NCBI GenBank assembly: GCA_000965745.1
Contig: CP009479.1
Location: 800,001-864,000 of the forward strand
DNA: 64,000 nucleotides
Direction of reading: 5' to 3'
Source: an uncultured archaeon
Lineage (GTDB): Archaea; Thermoplasmatota; Thermoplasmata; Thermoplasmatales; Thermoplasmataceae
The translations under genes were made by a program, and so were the position numbers. The notes beneath the pieces were generated by a model. The model searched no databases, was not told the origin of the DNA, and was given only the letters and a program-made list of their open reading frames with translations. Position 1 is the stretch's first letter, and every line of letters begins with the position of its first letter. This document shows, one piece after another, positions 51,489 through 60,359 of the stretch.

Positions 51489-52451
51489 GTGCTGCTGTTG
51501 AATACTGATAGAATTGTAAGTGGAGTTCTGGCAGGGGAAAAGCAGAGCATTGCAAGGGCCATATCGGTAGTGGAGGATCCCAGGCTGTCCCCGGAATCCA
51601 GGCAGATCATCAAGGGGATCTACAACCACACGGGAAAGGCCCATGTTCTAGGAATTACCGGTCCACCCGGAATAGGGAAGAGCACAATGATCGGCATGCT
51701 TTCAAAGATGCTGTCCCAGAAAGGGCACTCAGTTGCAGTTCTTGCGGTAGACGCATCAAGCCCCTTTACAGGCGGCTCTCTTCTTGGAAACCGGATCAGG
51801 ATGCAGGAGTCTCTCTCCAAATTTGGAGTATACATGCGCAGCCTTGCAAACAGGGGTCTGAGCGGTGGACTTTCAAGATCGGTCTGGGATTCCGTTATGG
51901 TACTCGACGCTGCTGGGTTTGATTTTATCATCATTGAGACTGTCGGGGCAGGTCAGGCCGACCTGGATGTAGTATATCTCGCCGACACTATTGTTGTTGT
52001 CCTTGCCCCGGGCCTAGGGGACCAGATACAGGCAATCAAGTCCGGCATCATGGAAATAGCTGATATCTACATAGTTAACAAGATGGACAGGGAGGGCAGT
52101 TACATAGCCCTCAAGGATATAGAGGAGTTCCTTGCCTATTCAGTCCAGGGAGAATGGAAGGTTCCGGTGATAGGAACAAATTCCCTGACCGGCGAGGGGT
52201 ATGAAGAGTATATCTCCAGGATAATAAGCCACAGGGATTTCACAGGAAAAGACAGCAGGACAAGGCTGAGAAGATACAGGTACGAACTGAAGCTCGCCCT
52301 GGAGGATGAGATGAAACAGAAGATAGACAGTGAAATAAGAAGGCTCGTCAACGAAAATGCCATAGAGGACATGATGTCGTCCAGGACTGACCCATATACT
52401 GCTGCTGAGTCTATCCTCGAAGACCTGCTCTCATCAGACAGTGCCGATTGA
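51489..52451 (+). CDS. meaB: MeaB/ArgK mutase chaperone GTPase
   Basis: GPPGIGKST, D.SSPF.GG..LG.RIRM, ETVG.GQ, NK.D. Confidence 0.93.
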   Translation: MLLLNTDRIVSGVLAGEKQSIARAISVVEDPRLSPESRQIIKGIYNHTGKAHVLGITGPPGIGKSTMIGMLSKMLSQKGHSVAVLAVDASSPFTGGSLLGNRIRMQESLSKFGVYMRSLANRGLSGGLSRSVWDSVMVLDAAGFDFIIIETVGAGQADLDVVYLADTIVVVLAPGLGDQIQAIKSGIMEIADIYIVNKMDREGSYIALKDIEEFLAYSVQGEWKVPVIGTNSLTGEGYEEYISRIISHRDFTGKDSRTRLRRYRYELKLALEDEMKQKIDSEIRRLVNENAIEDMMSSRTDPYTAAESILEDLLSSDSAD

Positions 52452-52576
52452 TCTGGAACCCTGCCAAACCTTTCCGCTGTGTGAAGAAATGAAATCAGTG
52501 AAACAGGGCGGGAACGGATATTCTTGACCAGTTTAAAACTGCAATAAGGTTATATAAGTTTTAGACATTTTTTATT

Positions 52577-52966
52577 ATGGCAGATATGTACGGTCCTCTG
52601 AGATATTTTACTTCAGAAATGGTAAAGAACCTTGGTGACAGGGCCAAGGAAGTAATGACATTCATGTACCCGCCGGTCACTGTTTATGAAGAAGGCGGCG
52701 AGCTTGTAGTAGAGGCGGACCTACCCGGTTTTGACAAGAAGGATGTGAAGGTGAGGCTGGAGAAAACCTCACTCTCGATAAGTGCCTCACGAACTCTTGA
52801 GAAGAAGGGAATGGTCTTTATGGATCAGAGACCAGAGGAAGTGTCCAAAAGAATAAAGCTTCCGATGGAAGTTGACCAGGACGCTGCATTCTCGGCCAAG
52901 TACCTGAACGGTGTCTTGACAATCAAGATACCCGTAAAGGGATCAAGGTCAATAAAGGTAGAATAA
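52577..52966 (+). CDS. Small heat shock protein (Hsp20 family)
   Basis: ADLPG..K.DV, AKY.NGVLTI.IP. Confidence 0.92.
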   Translation: MADMYGPLRYFTSEMVKNLGDRAKEVMTFMYPPVTVYEEGGELVVEADLPGFDKKDVKVRLEKTSLSISASRTLEKKGMVFMDQRPEEVSKRIKLPMEVDQDAAFSAKYLNGVLTIKIPVKGSRSIKVE

Positions 52967-52996
52967 GAACTCGGCCCCACCAGCCAATACAACTTT

Positions 52997-54577
52997 TTAT
53001 TTTCTCGTCATAAGAACAGCGAAAGCTATCAGGTCAGCGACAATGACAATGTATGAAATAATAGGGTGAAGATTCATCACATAAATTGACCCGAGCAGTA
53101 TGAACCCCAGGAAGAGGGAGCCAGGCACCTTGTTTGAAGTTTTCTGCTGTTGAGGGGCTTCAATATCCTCTAGCCTTCTCTTGAGCATTGGAATGACGTC
53201 CAGCCCTTTCTCTATGGAGACTGCTGCCCTTTTTACAAATTCAGACATCTGCTTCCTGTACAGCTCATCCAGGAGGCCTTCCCTGTAAAGCAACTCCCTC
53301 ATGACCCTCACAAACTTGAACTCAGGATCAAGCGTCTTGCATATACCTTCAAGAAGTGAGGACATTCTCATGTAAAGGACAAGCGATCTCGGGAGTCGGA
53401 AAGGAAACTCGAAAATAACGCCATTTGCGATCTCCATGAGCTCCCTTATTTCCGCATCGTTTGCGCTTCTTCCAGATAGGCTCGTCATGGCAATTTCTAT
53501 GCTTCTTCTTATCACACCTCTGTTTGCTGCGGGGGAGAGTGCATTAAGGCTCAACAGAGCATCTATTATGAGTTCCGGATCCTTCTTCATAAGCCCGTCA
53601 TAGAGGGACAGAAGGGAGAATCTTGTCTCATCATCTAGGTTTCCGACCATTCCAAAATCGTATAGAATGATCCTTCCCTCCGGAGTAACCGAGATGTTTC
53701 CGGGATGGGGATCAGCATGAAATATATCGTCCCTTAGCAGCATGCGCATAAATGCCAGATCCACCCTGAATGCAAGGTCCTGCATATCCACATTGTTCTT
53801 CTTCAGGCCTTCTATGTCCGTGATCTTTGTGCCTATGATATATTCCGTGACCATTACTTCCTTTCCGGAGATCTCATTTATGACGCGGGGAATCAGGGCG
53901 TCTTCTCTTTTCAGCAGGTTTTCCCTTATCCTGTTCGAGTTCTCTGCCTCTTTCCTGTAGTCTATCTCGTCGTATATCCTGCCCTTGAAATCGATGATTA
54001 CGTTGCTAACGCTGATATAAAGGAAATTCTCTATCCGCCTTCTAAGGAGTTTGAGAAGACGGCTGATGACCTCCAGATCCCTCTTGAGTATGAACTCTAT
54101 CCTCGGCCTGTTTACCTTAACTGCCACATTCTGACCCTTGTACTTTGCAAGATAGACCTGGCCCAGGGAAGCACCGGATATGGCCTCCTCGTTGAACTCC
54201 TCGAAGACATCATCTATCTTTCCGAGGTTTCTCTCGATAATCTCCTTTGCATGGGAAAATGGGGCTGGAGGAACACGATCCTGCAACTGCTCAAAAGATG
54301 CAATGTACTCCTTAGGAAGCAGGTCTGGCCTCGCTGACAGGACCTGGCCCAGTTTAATGAACGTGGGTCCTAGAGAAAAAAAAGTTTCCACAGCTCTTTG
54401 CCCATTTCTTTCCCTCATCGTGCTCCAAGCTGCTTCTTCGTTCTCTTCACGAGCCCTTCTCCTGTCTTTCAAATAACGCCTGATGATCGGTGCCAGCTTC
54501 AGGAAAACACGCAATTCCTGTCGCCTCAAGCCTTTGAAAGGATCGTTACTGTCAGGCATTCTGCTCCCTATCCGCAT
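52997..54577 (-). CDS. AarF/UbiB/ABC1-family atypical kinase
   Basis: LGPTFIKLGQ, ASLGQVY, VAVKV, FHADPHPGN, DFGM; alternative start ATG 54559. Confidence 0.92.
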   Translation of the reverse strand: MRIGSRMPDSNDPFKGLRRQELRVFLKLAPIIRRYLKDRRRAREENEEAAWSTMRERNGQRAVETFFSLGPTFIKLGQVLSARPDLLPKEYIASFEQLQDRVPPAPFSHAKEIIERNLGKIDDVFEEFNEEAISGASLGQVYLAKYKGQNVAVKVNRPRIEFILKRDLEVISRLLKLLRRRIENFLYISVSNVIIDFKGRIYDEIDYRKEAENSNRIRENLLKREDALIPRVINEISGKEVMVTEYIIGTKITDIEGLKKNNVDMQDLAFRVDLAFMRMLLRDDIFHADPHPGNISVTPEGRIILYDFGMVGNLDDETRFSLLSLYDGLMKKDPELIIDALLSLNALSPAANRGVIRRSIEIAMTSLSGRSANDAEIRELMEIANGVIFEFPFRLPRSLVLYMRMSSLLEGICKTLDPEFKFVRVMRELLYREGLLDELYRKQMSEFVKRAAVSIEKGLDVIPMLKRRLEDIEAPQQQKTSNKVPGSLFLGFILLGSIYVMNLHPIISYIVIVADLIAFAVLMTRK

Positions 54578-54658
54578 TTTTTATAATAATTGATCCAAAA
54601 AGGTGTAATAATTTCGCGAATAATCCACTCGACGCACTGCATGTCCTTCAGCTCCTGC

Positions 54659-55000
54659 CTACTGCGATTCTGCAAGGCTTGACAGGAACTCCCTGACCTT
54701 CTCTTCTTTGAAGTACCCTGTCTTTTTTCCAACAAGTGCACCATCATGGAACCCCAAAAGAGCAGGGAGGGCTCGAACACCAAATCTTTCGTACACTTCG
54801 GGAGACTGATCTGCGTTCACCCTCATAATCCGGTATTCTGAAAAATCTCCATGCGAAATGACCCTTTGGAGCACCTCGATCATGAGCTCGCACGGATAGC
54901 ACCATGGGGCCCACAGATCAATAACCGCAAATTTGTGCCTTTCAACTGTCTCCATGGCTGTTTTAAGGCCAACATCAGGAATATACTCTGTATTCGTCAC
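54659..55000 (-). CDS. Thioredoxin-family protein
   Basis: WAPWCYPC, F.V.ALP. Confidence 0.85.
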   Translation of the reverse strand: MTNTEYIPDVGLKTAMETVERHKFAVIDLWAPWCYPCELMIEVLQRVISHGDFSEYRIMRVNADQSPEVYERFGVRALPALLGFHDGALVGKKTGYFKEEKVREFLSSLAESQ

Positions 55001-55065
55001 TCTCTATCAGATCAGTGTAGAAGAAGATCAGGCAGAATTAAAAGAGATCGTTCTGGTAAGGCTAA

Positions 55066-55566
55066 CTACCAGTAGTCTTTGTTGACGAAATCGTCGTAAA
55101 GCTCTGCGATGTAGTTTTTGTTGTTCAGCTGATTGTCCGCCAGAGTCTTGAGAACGCCTGAAACTTTGGCATCACTATATTCGTTCGACATCAGCTCCAG
55201 CACATTGTGAATGTCGTTAGACATCTTCATGGCCTTCAGGAGCACACTTTTCATATCATTGGCATTAACATCCGCCAAGTCCTGGGTAACCAGATGATCA
55301 AGCATTTCGAAGCTTCTGGCATCAGACGGTTCCTGCACCTCTTCAAATTCTCCTTTGTCCAGGGCATCCCTTATCATTACCAGATCTCTCTCTTCGTTTT
55401 CCAGAAGAGTCTCGAGCATCATTCTCACATGATCCACGCTGGATTCTTCATACAGTTCCCTGTACCTGTCCACCATCTTCTCCTTAAGGCCGAATGCTTT
55501 TTTCAGAAGATTTTCCCTAACTTCTCCAGATTCTTTTCCAGATATTGTCGAATTGGCTTTTGTCAC
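55066..55566 (-). CDS. Ferritin/rubrerythrin-like helical protein with degenerate metal ligands
   Basis: Two helix-pair repeats (L..A......Y..L...L.TL...E); GTG start 55566 after AGGAGG. Confidence 0.6.
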   Translation of the reverse strand: MTKANSTISGKESGEVRENLLKKAFGLKEKMVDRYRELYEESSVDHVRMMLETLLENEERDLVMIRDALDKGEFEEVQEPSDARSFEMLDHLVTQDLADVNANDMKSVLLKAMKMSNDIHNVLELMSNEYSDAKVSGVLKTLADNQLNNKNYIAELYDDFVNKDYW

Positions 55567-55724
55567 TGACTTCCTCCTAACATAAATTATAACCAATCAA
55601 GCTTATAACCTTTGCCATGCGCCTTATACAGAGGTGAACGCCTTTTAAACCAGAAAATGGAGACTGTCAATTGTTAGTTGAAATTCTGTGATTTCCAGTC
55701 TCTCGACCGCAATCATGAAACATA

Positions 55725-56925
55725 ATGAGTACATCACATTCCATGCGGATACGCCGGATCCCAGGCATATCTAGGGTCGTTATTACAACAAACCTTGATG
55801 ACTATTCCGGTGATCATCCATCCTCGCCTCTCAGGCTGGAAGATCAGCCCACAAATATCAGGTTCAGCAGTGACGGCACTCCCATACTGCACTACAGGGA
55901 CCCTATCTGTCCCAGATGCTTCTCCAGGGATGTCTCAAGGAACGGTACATACATGAGGGAAGTGCAGGGCCACAGTGTGAAGATACAGAAATACATCTGC
56001 AATGCCTGCTCCTTCTCCTTCGAGGCAAGGCCTCCGGGATACGGGTACGGAAAGCATATCCCTGAGGATCTGAGGGAAAAGACCATGAAATCTCGCGTGC
56101 TCTCATCCCTCAGGAAGGCTGCACAGATGTGCGGCATATTCCTCGGAACATCAGTTTCACACGAGTCGGTGAGGACATCTGTACCTGACATGCCTTTCCG
56201 GCATGAAAGGGAATCCTCAGGATATTTCTCATACGACGAGCAGTACGTGAAGATCAACGGCCAGAGAAGATACAGGTTCCTACTCAAGGATACTGTCACT
56301 GGTGAGTTTCATGAGGACATCCTGCTGGATCTGGGTGAGGATTCCACCACCTCATTCATCCTTGACGCACTCAGGAGATTCTCCATTGGTTCTGAGATAA
56401 CAGTGACAACAGACGCTTATCACTACGAGGACGCATTCAGGAATGTCTCCCGGCAACTTCACATAAGAGTTAGGAGGCAGAGGTGCCTCTTCCACCTCCT
56501 CAAGGACCTGAGGAAGAAGGCATATGATTCAGGCAGGAAGGATGAGCTGACTTCAGCACTGGGTCTCATAAATTACACGTTCTTCCAGACTCCTGAGAAC
56601 CTGGAGAAGCTTGGAAAAAATGCGGAGCCTGTCAAGAGGAAGGTCTCAGGAAAGTCTGAAAAGGAGGCGACATTCATTCTCCTTGGTCTTGTGAGGGATC
56701 TCTATTCCGGCGATCCTGTCATAGGTAAATTTCTGAAGCAGATAAGGAAGAACAGGAGGGAGATATTCTGGTATCTCGAAGATCGGAAGGTCAACAGAAC
56801 AAACAACGTTGCCGAGCATCATTTCCCCCAGAGATCTGAACCTCCTTAAGAGGAGGTTCAAGACCGATGATGGACTGCTCAGGACATCCTACTGGTACCA
56901 CCGGTACTCATCAACCGGAAGTTGA
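55725..56925 (+). pseudogene. DDE transposase (IS256/Mutator-like) with a +1 frameshift near the C-terminus
   Basis: Zn ribbon CPRC/CNAC, YDEQY (D), TTD (D), CLFH (CxxH), TNNVAE (E); frame stops at 56849, while the shifted frame continues LLKRRFKTDDGLLRTSYWYHRYSSTGS* to 56925. Confidence 0.8.
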
Positions 56926-56932
56926 CGACGTC
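56908..56932 (+). repeat. Inner copy of the IS right end (direct repeat of 58571-58595)
   Basis: TCATCAACCGGAAGTTGACGACGTC vs TCATCAACCAGAAGTTGACAATGTC, 22/25 identical. Confidence 0.85.
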
Positions 56933-57306
56933 CCCTTTTGAAAGAACTTGTATACTAACGAATAATTGATTAACGATGCAGGCCAGAATGCTATTAACCT
57001 GCTGCCATCAACAATCCCTACAAGAAAGAGGAGTATTGGAATTATCTGAAGAGTAATCGCCATCCACTTTATTCTAATTCCAAGAAGCCAAAGTACAGGG
57101 ATCAGGAGCAGGAAAAATGACATGAATATGTTATATCTTAATGTTGCAGCTCCATTAATTGGATCAGAGTAATACATTCGTTGAGAATAGAATGCCAAAA
57201 TAGTTGCAATTATTGATATGATTGCAATTAGATTCCATACCAGGTTGCTTCGAAAGTGGGAGCGCCTTAATCCCTTAACCTCATCTTTTTCCATTTCTAA
57301 CACCAT
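56911..57306 (-). CDS. Cargo gene 2: small 3-4 TM membrane protein
   Basis: Hydrophobic segments; ATG overlaps the upstream stop (TGATG); its stop codon lies inside the inner IRR. Confidence 0.7.
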   Translation of the reverse strand: MVLEMEKDEVKGLRRSHFRSNLVWNLIAIISIIATILAFYSQRMYYSDPINGAATLRYNIFMSFFLLLIPVLWLLGIRIKWMAITLQIIPILLFLVGIVDGSRLIAFWPASLINYSLVYKFFQKGTSSTSG

Positions 57307-58517
57307 CAAAGTATGTTTTGCGTATATTGCTCGTCGTAGTTATTTGACACATATTGGTTATAAAGGACACTTGAGGACCATGTGTCCCAACTAGCAGTAA
57401 CACCGTTCCAATATTTAATGGTGTTACTGATGTAAACATGGCCATTCCCCTGATTATTTATAGTGACAACTATGTTTGGGAAAGCCTCCCAGTATGTATA
57501 TCCTTGGAACGGAAATTGAGCATACAGTTCGATGTAATAGGATGAAGTTGCAGAAGTAGAACTATGCTGGTAACTATCCGTGATTATGGTCGGGTAAGAA
57601 TATTCCCAGTAGTAATAATCAAGAGAATAATAATTATCATTGGCTCCACTCACATAGCTTCCACCTTGTCCACTCCAAGTCACAGCCAGTGATGCAGTAG
57701 CATCCCACAAATGTATACCTGGCACTACAGTGTGATCCCATTCAGGAAGTGTTCCTGTTACGGAAGTTCCAAAATTAGAACCTCCGCCGCCACCTGGTGG
57801 GGTGGGCGCCAGTGGGGAATTAACAACGAAGTTAGTACTCTTAGCGTTAGATGAAACAATACCCTGCCCGCTCGCAGGCAAGAACTGTGGTGCGAATAAG
57901 TAGGCCATTGTGGGATCATAATTAATTGAGGCAAAGAATTGACTGAATCCTGATGAGGCAGTCTTATGCACAGTCAGAATGTTAAGGTTACCAGTTTTTG
58001 AATGTAGCAAGCTCATATATACGTAATCAATAAGATTGTCCTTTGAATGAGATATCACTGTCGCATACAAAACCCCATTCGACATATAATCAGGAATCTT
58101 GGATGAATTGTAATATGACGATTGATTCTTAAATGACTCAAATTGACGCACCTGAAATGTGGAATGAGAGTATCTAGACGTACCGTTGTTTGTCAACGTT
58201 GAACTCAAAGTCACGTTGTTTTTATCAGATAAATTGTAAGATACTATTGTGTGAACAAGATATGTTGTGCTATCATTTGAATCACCCATTGTTATCCTAT
58301 AGCTAACTTGAGCCGTCAATTGAATACCTGATGTCAGGTTTGTCAAATTGCTATTATTACCGGAGATAGCAGAGGTTACCAACGCAGGTTGAGAATTTAC
58401 GTCTGCCGTGTTTGTAATAGCCGAATTGTTGTGATACGATGTTATAATTGCAAAAGATGCACCGATCATCACTGAAGAGAGAAGAAGAGAAACCATAATT
58501 TTTATTTTATGGCTCAT
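57306..58517 (-). CDS. Cargo gene 1: secreted two-domain protein (403 aa)
   Basis: Signal-like MSHKIKIMVSLLLSSVMIGASFA, many NxS/T sequons, PTPPGGGGG linker, Tyr/Trp-rich C-terminal domain. Confidence 0.75.
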   Translation of the reverse strand: MSHKIKIMVSLLLSSVMIGASFAIITSYHNNSAITNTADVNSQPALVTSAISGNNSNLTNLTSGIQLTAQVSYRITMGDSNDSTTYLVHTIVSYNLSDKNNVTLSSTLTNNGTSRYSHSTFQVRQFESFKNQSSYYNSSKIPDYMSNGVLYATVISHSKDNLIDYVYMSLLHSKTGNLNILTVHKTASSGFSQFFASINYDPTMAYLFAPQFLPASGQGIVSSNAKSTNFVVNSPLAPTPPGGGGGSNFGTSVTGTLPEWDHTVVPGIHLWDATASLAVTWSGQGGSYVSGANDNYYSLDYYYWEYSYPTIITDSYQHSSTSATSSYYIELYAQFPFQGYTYWEAFPNIVVTINNQGNGHVYISNTIKYWNGVTASWDTWSSSVLYNQYVSNNYDEQYTQNIL

Positions 58518-58538
58518 TAAATTAATAACCAAGTTCTG

Positions 58539-58555
58539 TATATATATATATATAT
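58539..58555. repeat. (TA)8 microsatellite at the TATA position of the cargo operon
   Basis: TATATATATATATATAT, 21 nt upstream of ATG 58517 on the minus strand. Confidence 0.85.
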
Positions 58556-58639
58556 TTCTATCTTGCGTAATCATCAACCAGAAGTTGACAATGTCAGAAA
58601 ATGCAAAAATGGTTAAGAGAAGTTTCCATCAGGTCTTGC

Positions 58640-59284
58640 ATGCTGGTTTCACCATCGATTATCTCTTCAGACCTGAGGGTGTTGCAGAACCAGATTGAAG
58701 AATGCGAAAGGCATGGGGCTGCATCATTCCATCTTGATGTGATGGACGGACACTTTGTTCCCAACCTGACAATGGGCCCTGACATAGTAAAAGCAGTTAG
58801 AAAATCTACAGAACTGCCGTTAGAGGTGCATCTCATGATTGACAGGCCAGACAGATACTACACCAAGTTTGCAGAATCTGGCTCTGATATCCTCCTCATA
58901 CATTACGAATCTCCAGTCAATCTGAGGGGCCTTTTCAACAACATGAAGAATGAAGGCTTGAAGTATGGCCTCGTCATCAATCCCGGGACAGAATTCAGGG
59001 AGGTCTCTGATCTTCTCGATGGAACGGAAATTCTCCTGATAATGTCAGTGCATCCCGGGTTCTCTGGCCAGAAATTCATTGACGTGACTGACAAAATATC
59101 GGAAGCATCAGCCTTCATCAAGGACAACGGGCTGGGCACGAAGATAGAAGTGGACGGTGGAATCAACCTTGAGACTGGAAAAAAATCGGCCAAGGCCGGA
59201 GCGGATATCCTGGTGTCTGCATCCTACATATTCTCTGGAACCATAAAAGAAAGAATAGGGAGCCTTAAAAGACTCACCAGGTGA
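58640..59284 (+). CDS. rpe: Ribulose-phosphate 3-epimerase
   Basis: SPSI, H.DVMDGHFVPN, HLM, MSV.PGF.GQ.F, VDGG. Confidence 0.95.
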   Translation: MLVSPSIISSDLRVLQNQIEECERHGAASFHLDVMDGHFVPNLTMGPDIVKAVRKSTELPLEVHLMIDRPDRYYTKFAESGSDILLIHYESPVNLRGLFNNMKNEGLKYGLVINPGTEFREVSDLLDGTEILLIMSVHPGFSGQKFIDVTDKISEASAFIKDNGLGTKIEVDGGINLETGKKSAKAGADILVSASYIFSGTIKERIGSLKRLTR

Positions 59285-59285
59285 A

Positions 59286-60263
59286 TCAGGCCTCCAGTAT
59301 CAGCCTGCCGTCCTTGACTTTCGGGAAATAGTCCAGGGCTTCTTTTATGTCGGCGAGCTTGAAGCGCTTTGCCACTCTCACCTTGAGACCCTTCCTGGCT
59401 GTGATGTCAGCGAGGTCGAGAAGCTCCTTTCTGGACCCACCTGTTGAACCAATTATTGTCCGTTCTGCAGTATACAGGGCGGCTATGTCAACCTCAGCCT
59501 CTTTGCCGGTCAGCACTCCGAACGTCACCAGGCTGCCTCCGGCAGAGAGGTGGCTCAGGGAATCCTTCCAGAATTTTTGCCCCAGTGAATTCATGACAAT
59601 ATCCACTTTCAGGTTTTCGGGCACGCTGTCTGGATCGTAAACTTCAGAAGCGCCATAATCCTTTACCCACTCCTTTCTTGATACGGCATGGACTTCCATG
59701 CCGAAATGTGACGCAAGCTGTGTGGCAAAAATACCGGTGTTTCCGGAAGCGCCATATATCAGGATCCTTTTCTCATGGCTCGCTCCTGCTCTAATGAGGG
59801 CATGGTAAGCAGTCAGGCCACCTATGGGCAGGCTGACTGCCACATCAGGGTCCATTCCCTGCGGCATCTTAAACAGGTTATCCTCGTTTATGTTGAACTC
59901 TTCTGCATACCCGCCGTTTGATACCACTCCCCAGAGACCTCCGTTTGTGCACATGTATTCTCTTGAAGTGAGGCACATATCACAGTTTCCGCAGAAAATT
60001 CTCGGGTAGATTATGACTTTGTCCCCTTTCCTGATGCGCTTTCCATCGGACTTTGCTACACCCATTACTTCTGAGCCTGGTATGTGAGGAAAAGGGGCGA
60101 GGCTGTAAACTACCTTTCCGGCCACTACGTTGTAGTCTATGGGGTTCATTCCCGCTCTTTCGAATCCGACTCTTATCTCTCCCTTTCCGGGTTCAGGCAC
60201 ATTTACATCCTCGAATTTCAGGTTCTCCTTTCCAAGAGGCTTGTATACAACAGCACCTTTCAT
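59286..60263 (-). CDS. MDR-family alcohol dehydrogenase-like oxidoreductase
   Basis: Structural Zn motif CGNCDMC...C, GASGNTG; NPID and GSE replace the catalytic-Zn motifs. Confidence 0.85.
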   Translation of the reverse strand: MKGAVVYKPLGKENLKFEDVNVPEPGKGEIRVGFERAGMNPIDYNVVAGKVVYSLAPFPHIPGSEVMGVAKSDGKRIRKGDKVIIYPRIFCGNCDMCLTSREYMCTNGGLWGVVSNGGYAEEFNINEDNLFKMPQGMDPDVAVSLPIGGLTAYHALIRAGASHEKRILIYGASGNTGIFATQLASHFGMEVHAVSRKEWVKDYGASEVYDPDSVPENLKVDIVMNSLGQKFWKDSLSHLSAGGSLVTFGVLTGKEAEVDIAALYTAERTIIGSTGGSRKELLDLADITARKGLKVRVAKRFKLADIKEALDYFPKVKDGRLILEA

Positions 60264-60359
60264 ACCTTAAGATGTCAGCATTATTCTAAAGTCTAGCTGT
60301 TTTCTTTTTGAACCGGAAAGACAGCAAAATACTTATTTAAACAAACATTGGAATAGAAG

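Larger units (their letters stand above)
55660..58595 (+). mobile_element. Cargo-carrying transposon built on an IS256/Mutator-like IS, with 8-bp target duplication
   Basis: IRL 55660-55681 and outer IRR 58574-58595 match at 16/22; AGAAAATG at 55652-55659 and 58596-58603; extra inner IRR at 56911-56932. Confidence 0.85.

Noticed and set aside
56908-56932. IS-end dyads as XerA dif sites
   Set aside because: The spacer is 5 bp with short arms, not the 11-6-11 layout, and they are explained as transposon ends. No convincing dif site was found by eye.
58518-58577. N-terminal extension of the cargo ORF (MMITQDRNIYIYIQ...)
   Set aside because: It runs through the IRR and the TA tract; the signal peptide begins at ATG 58517.
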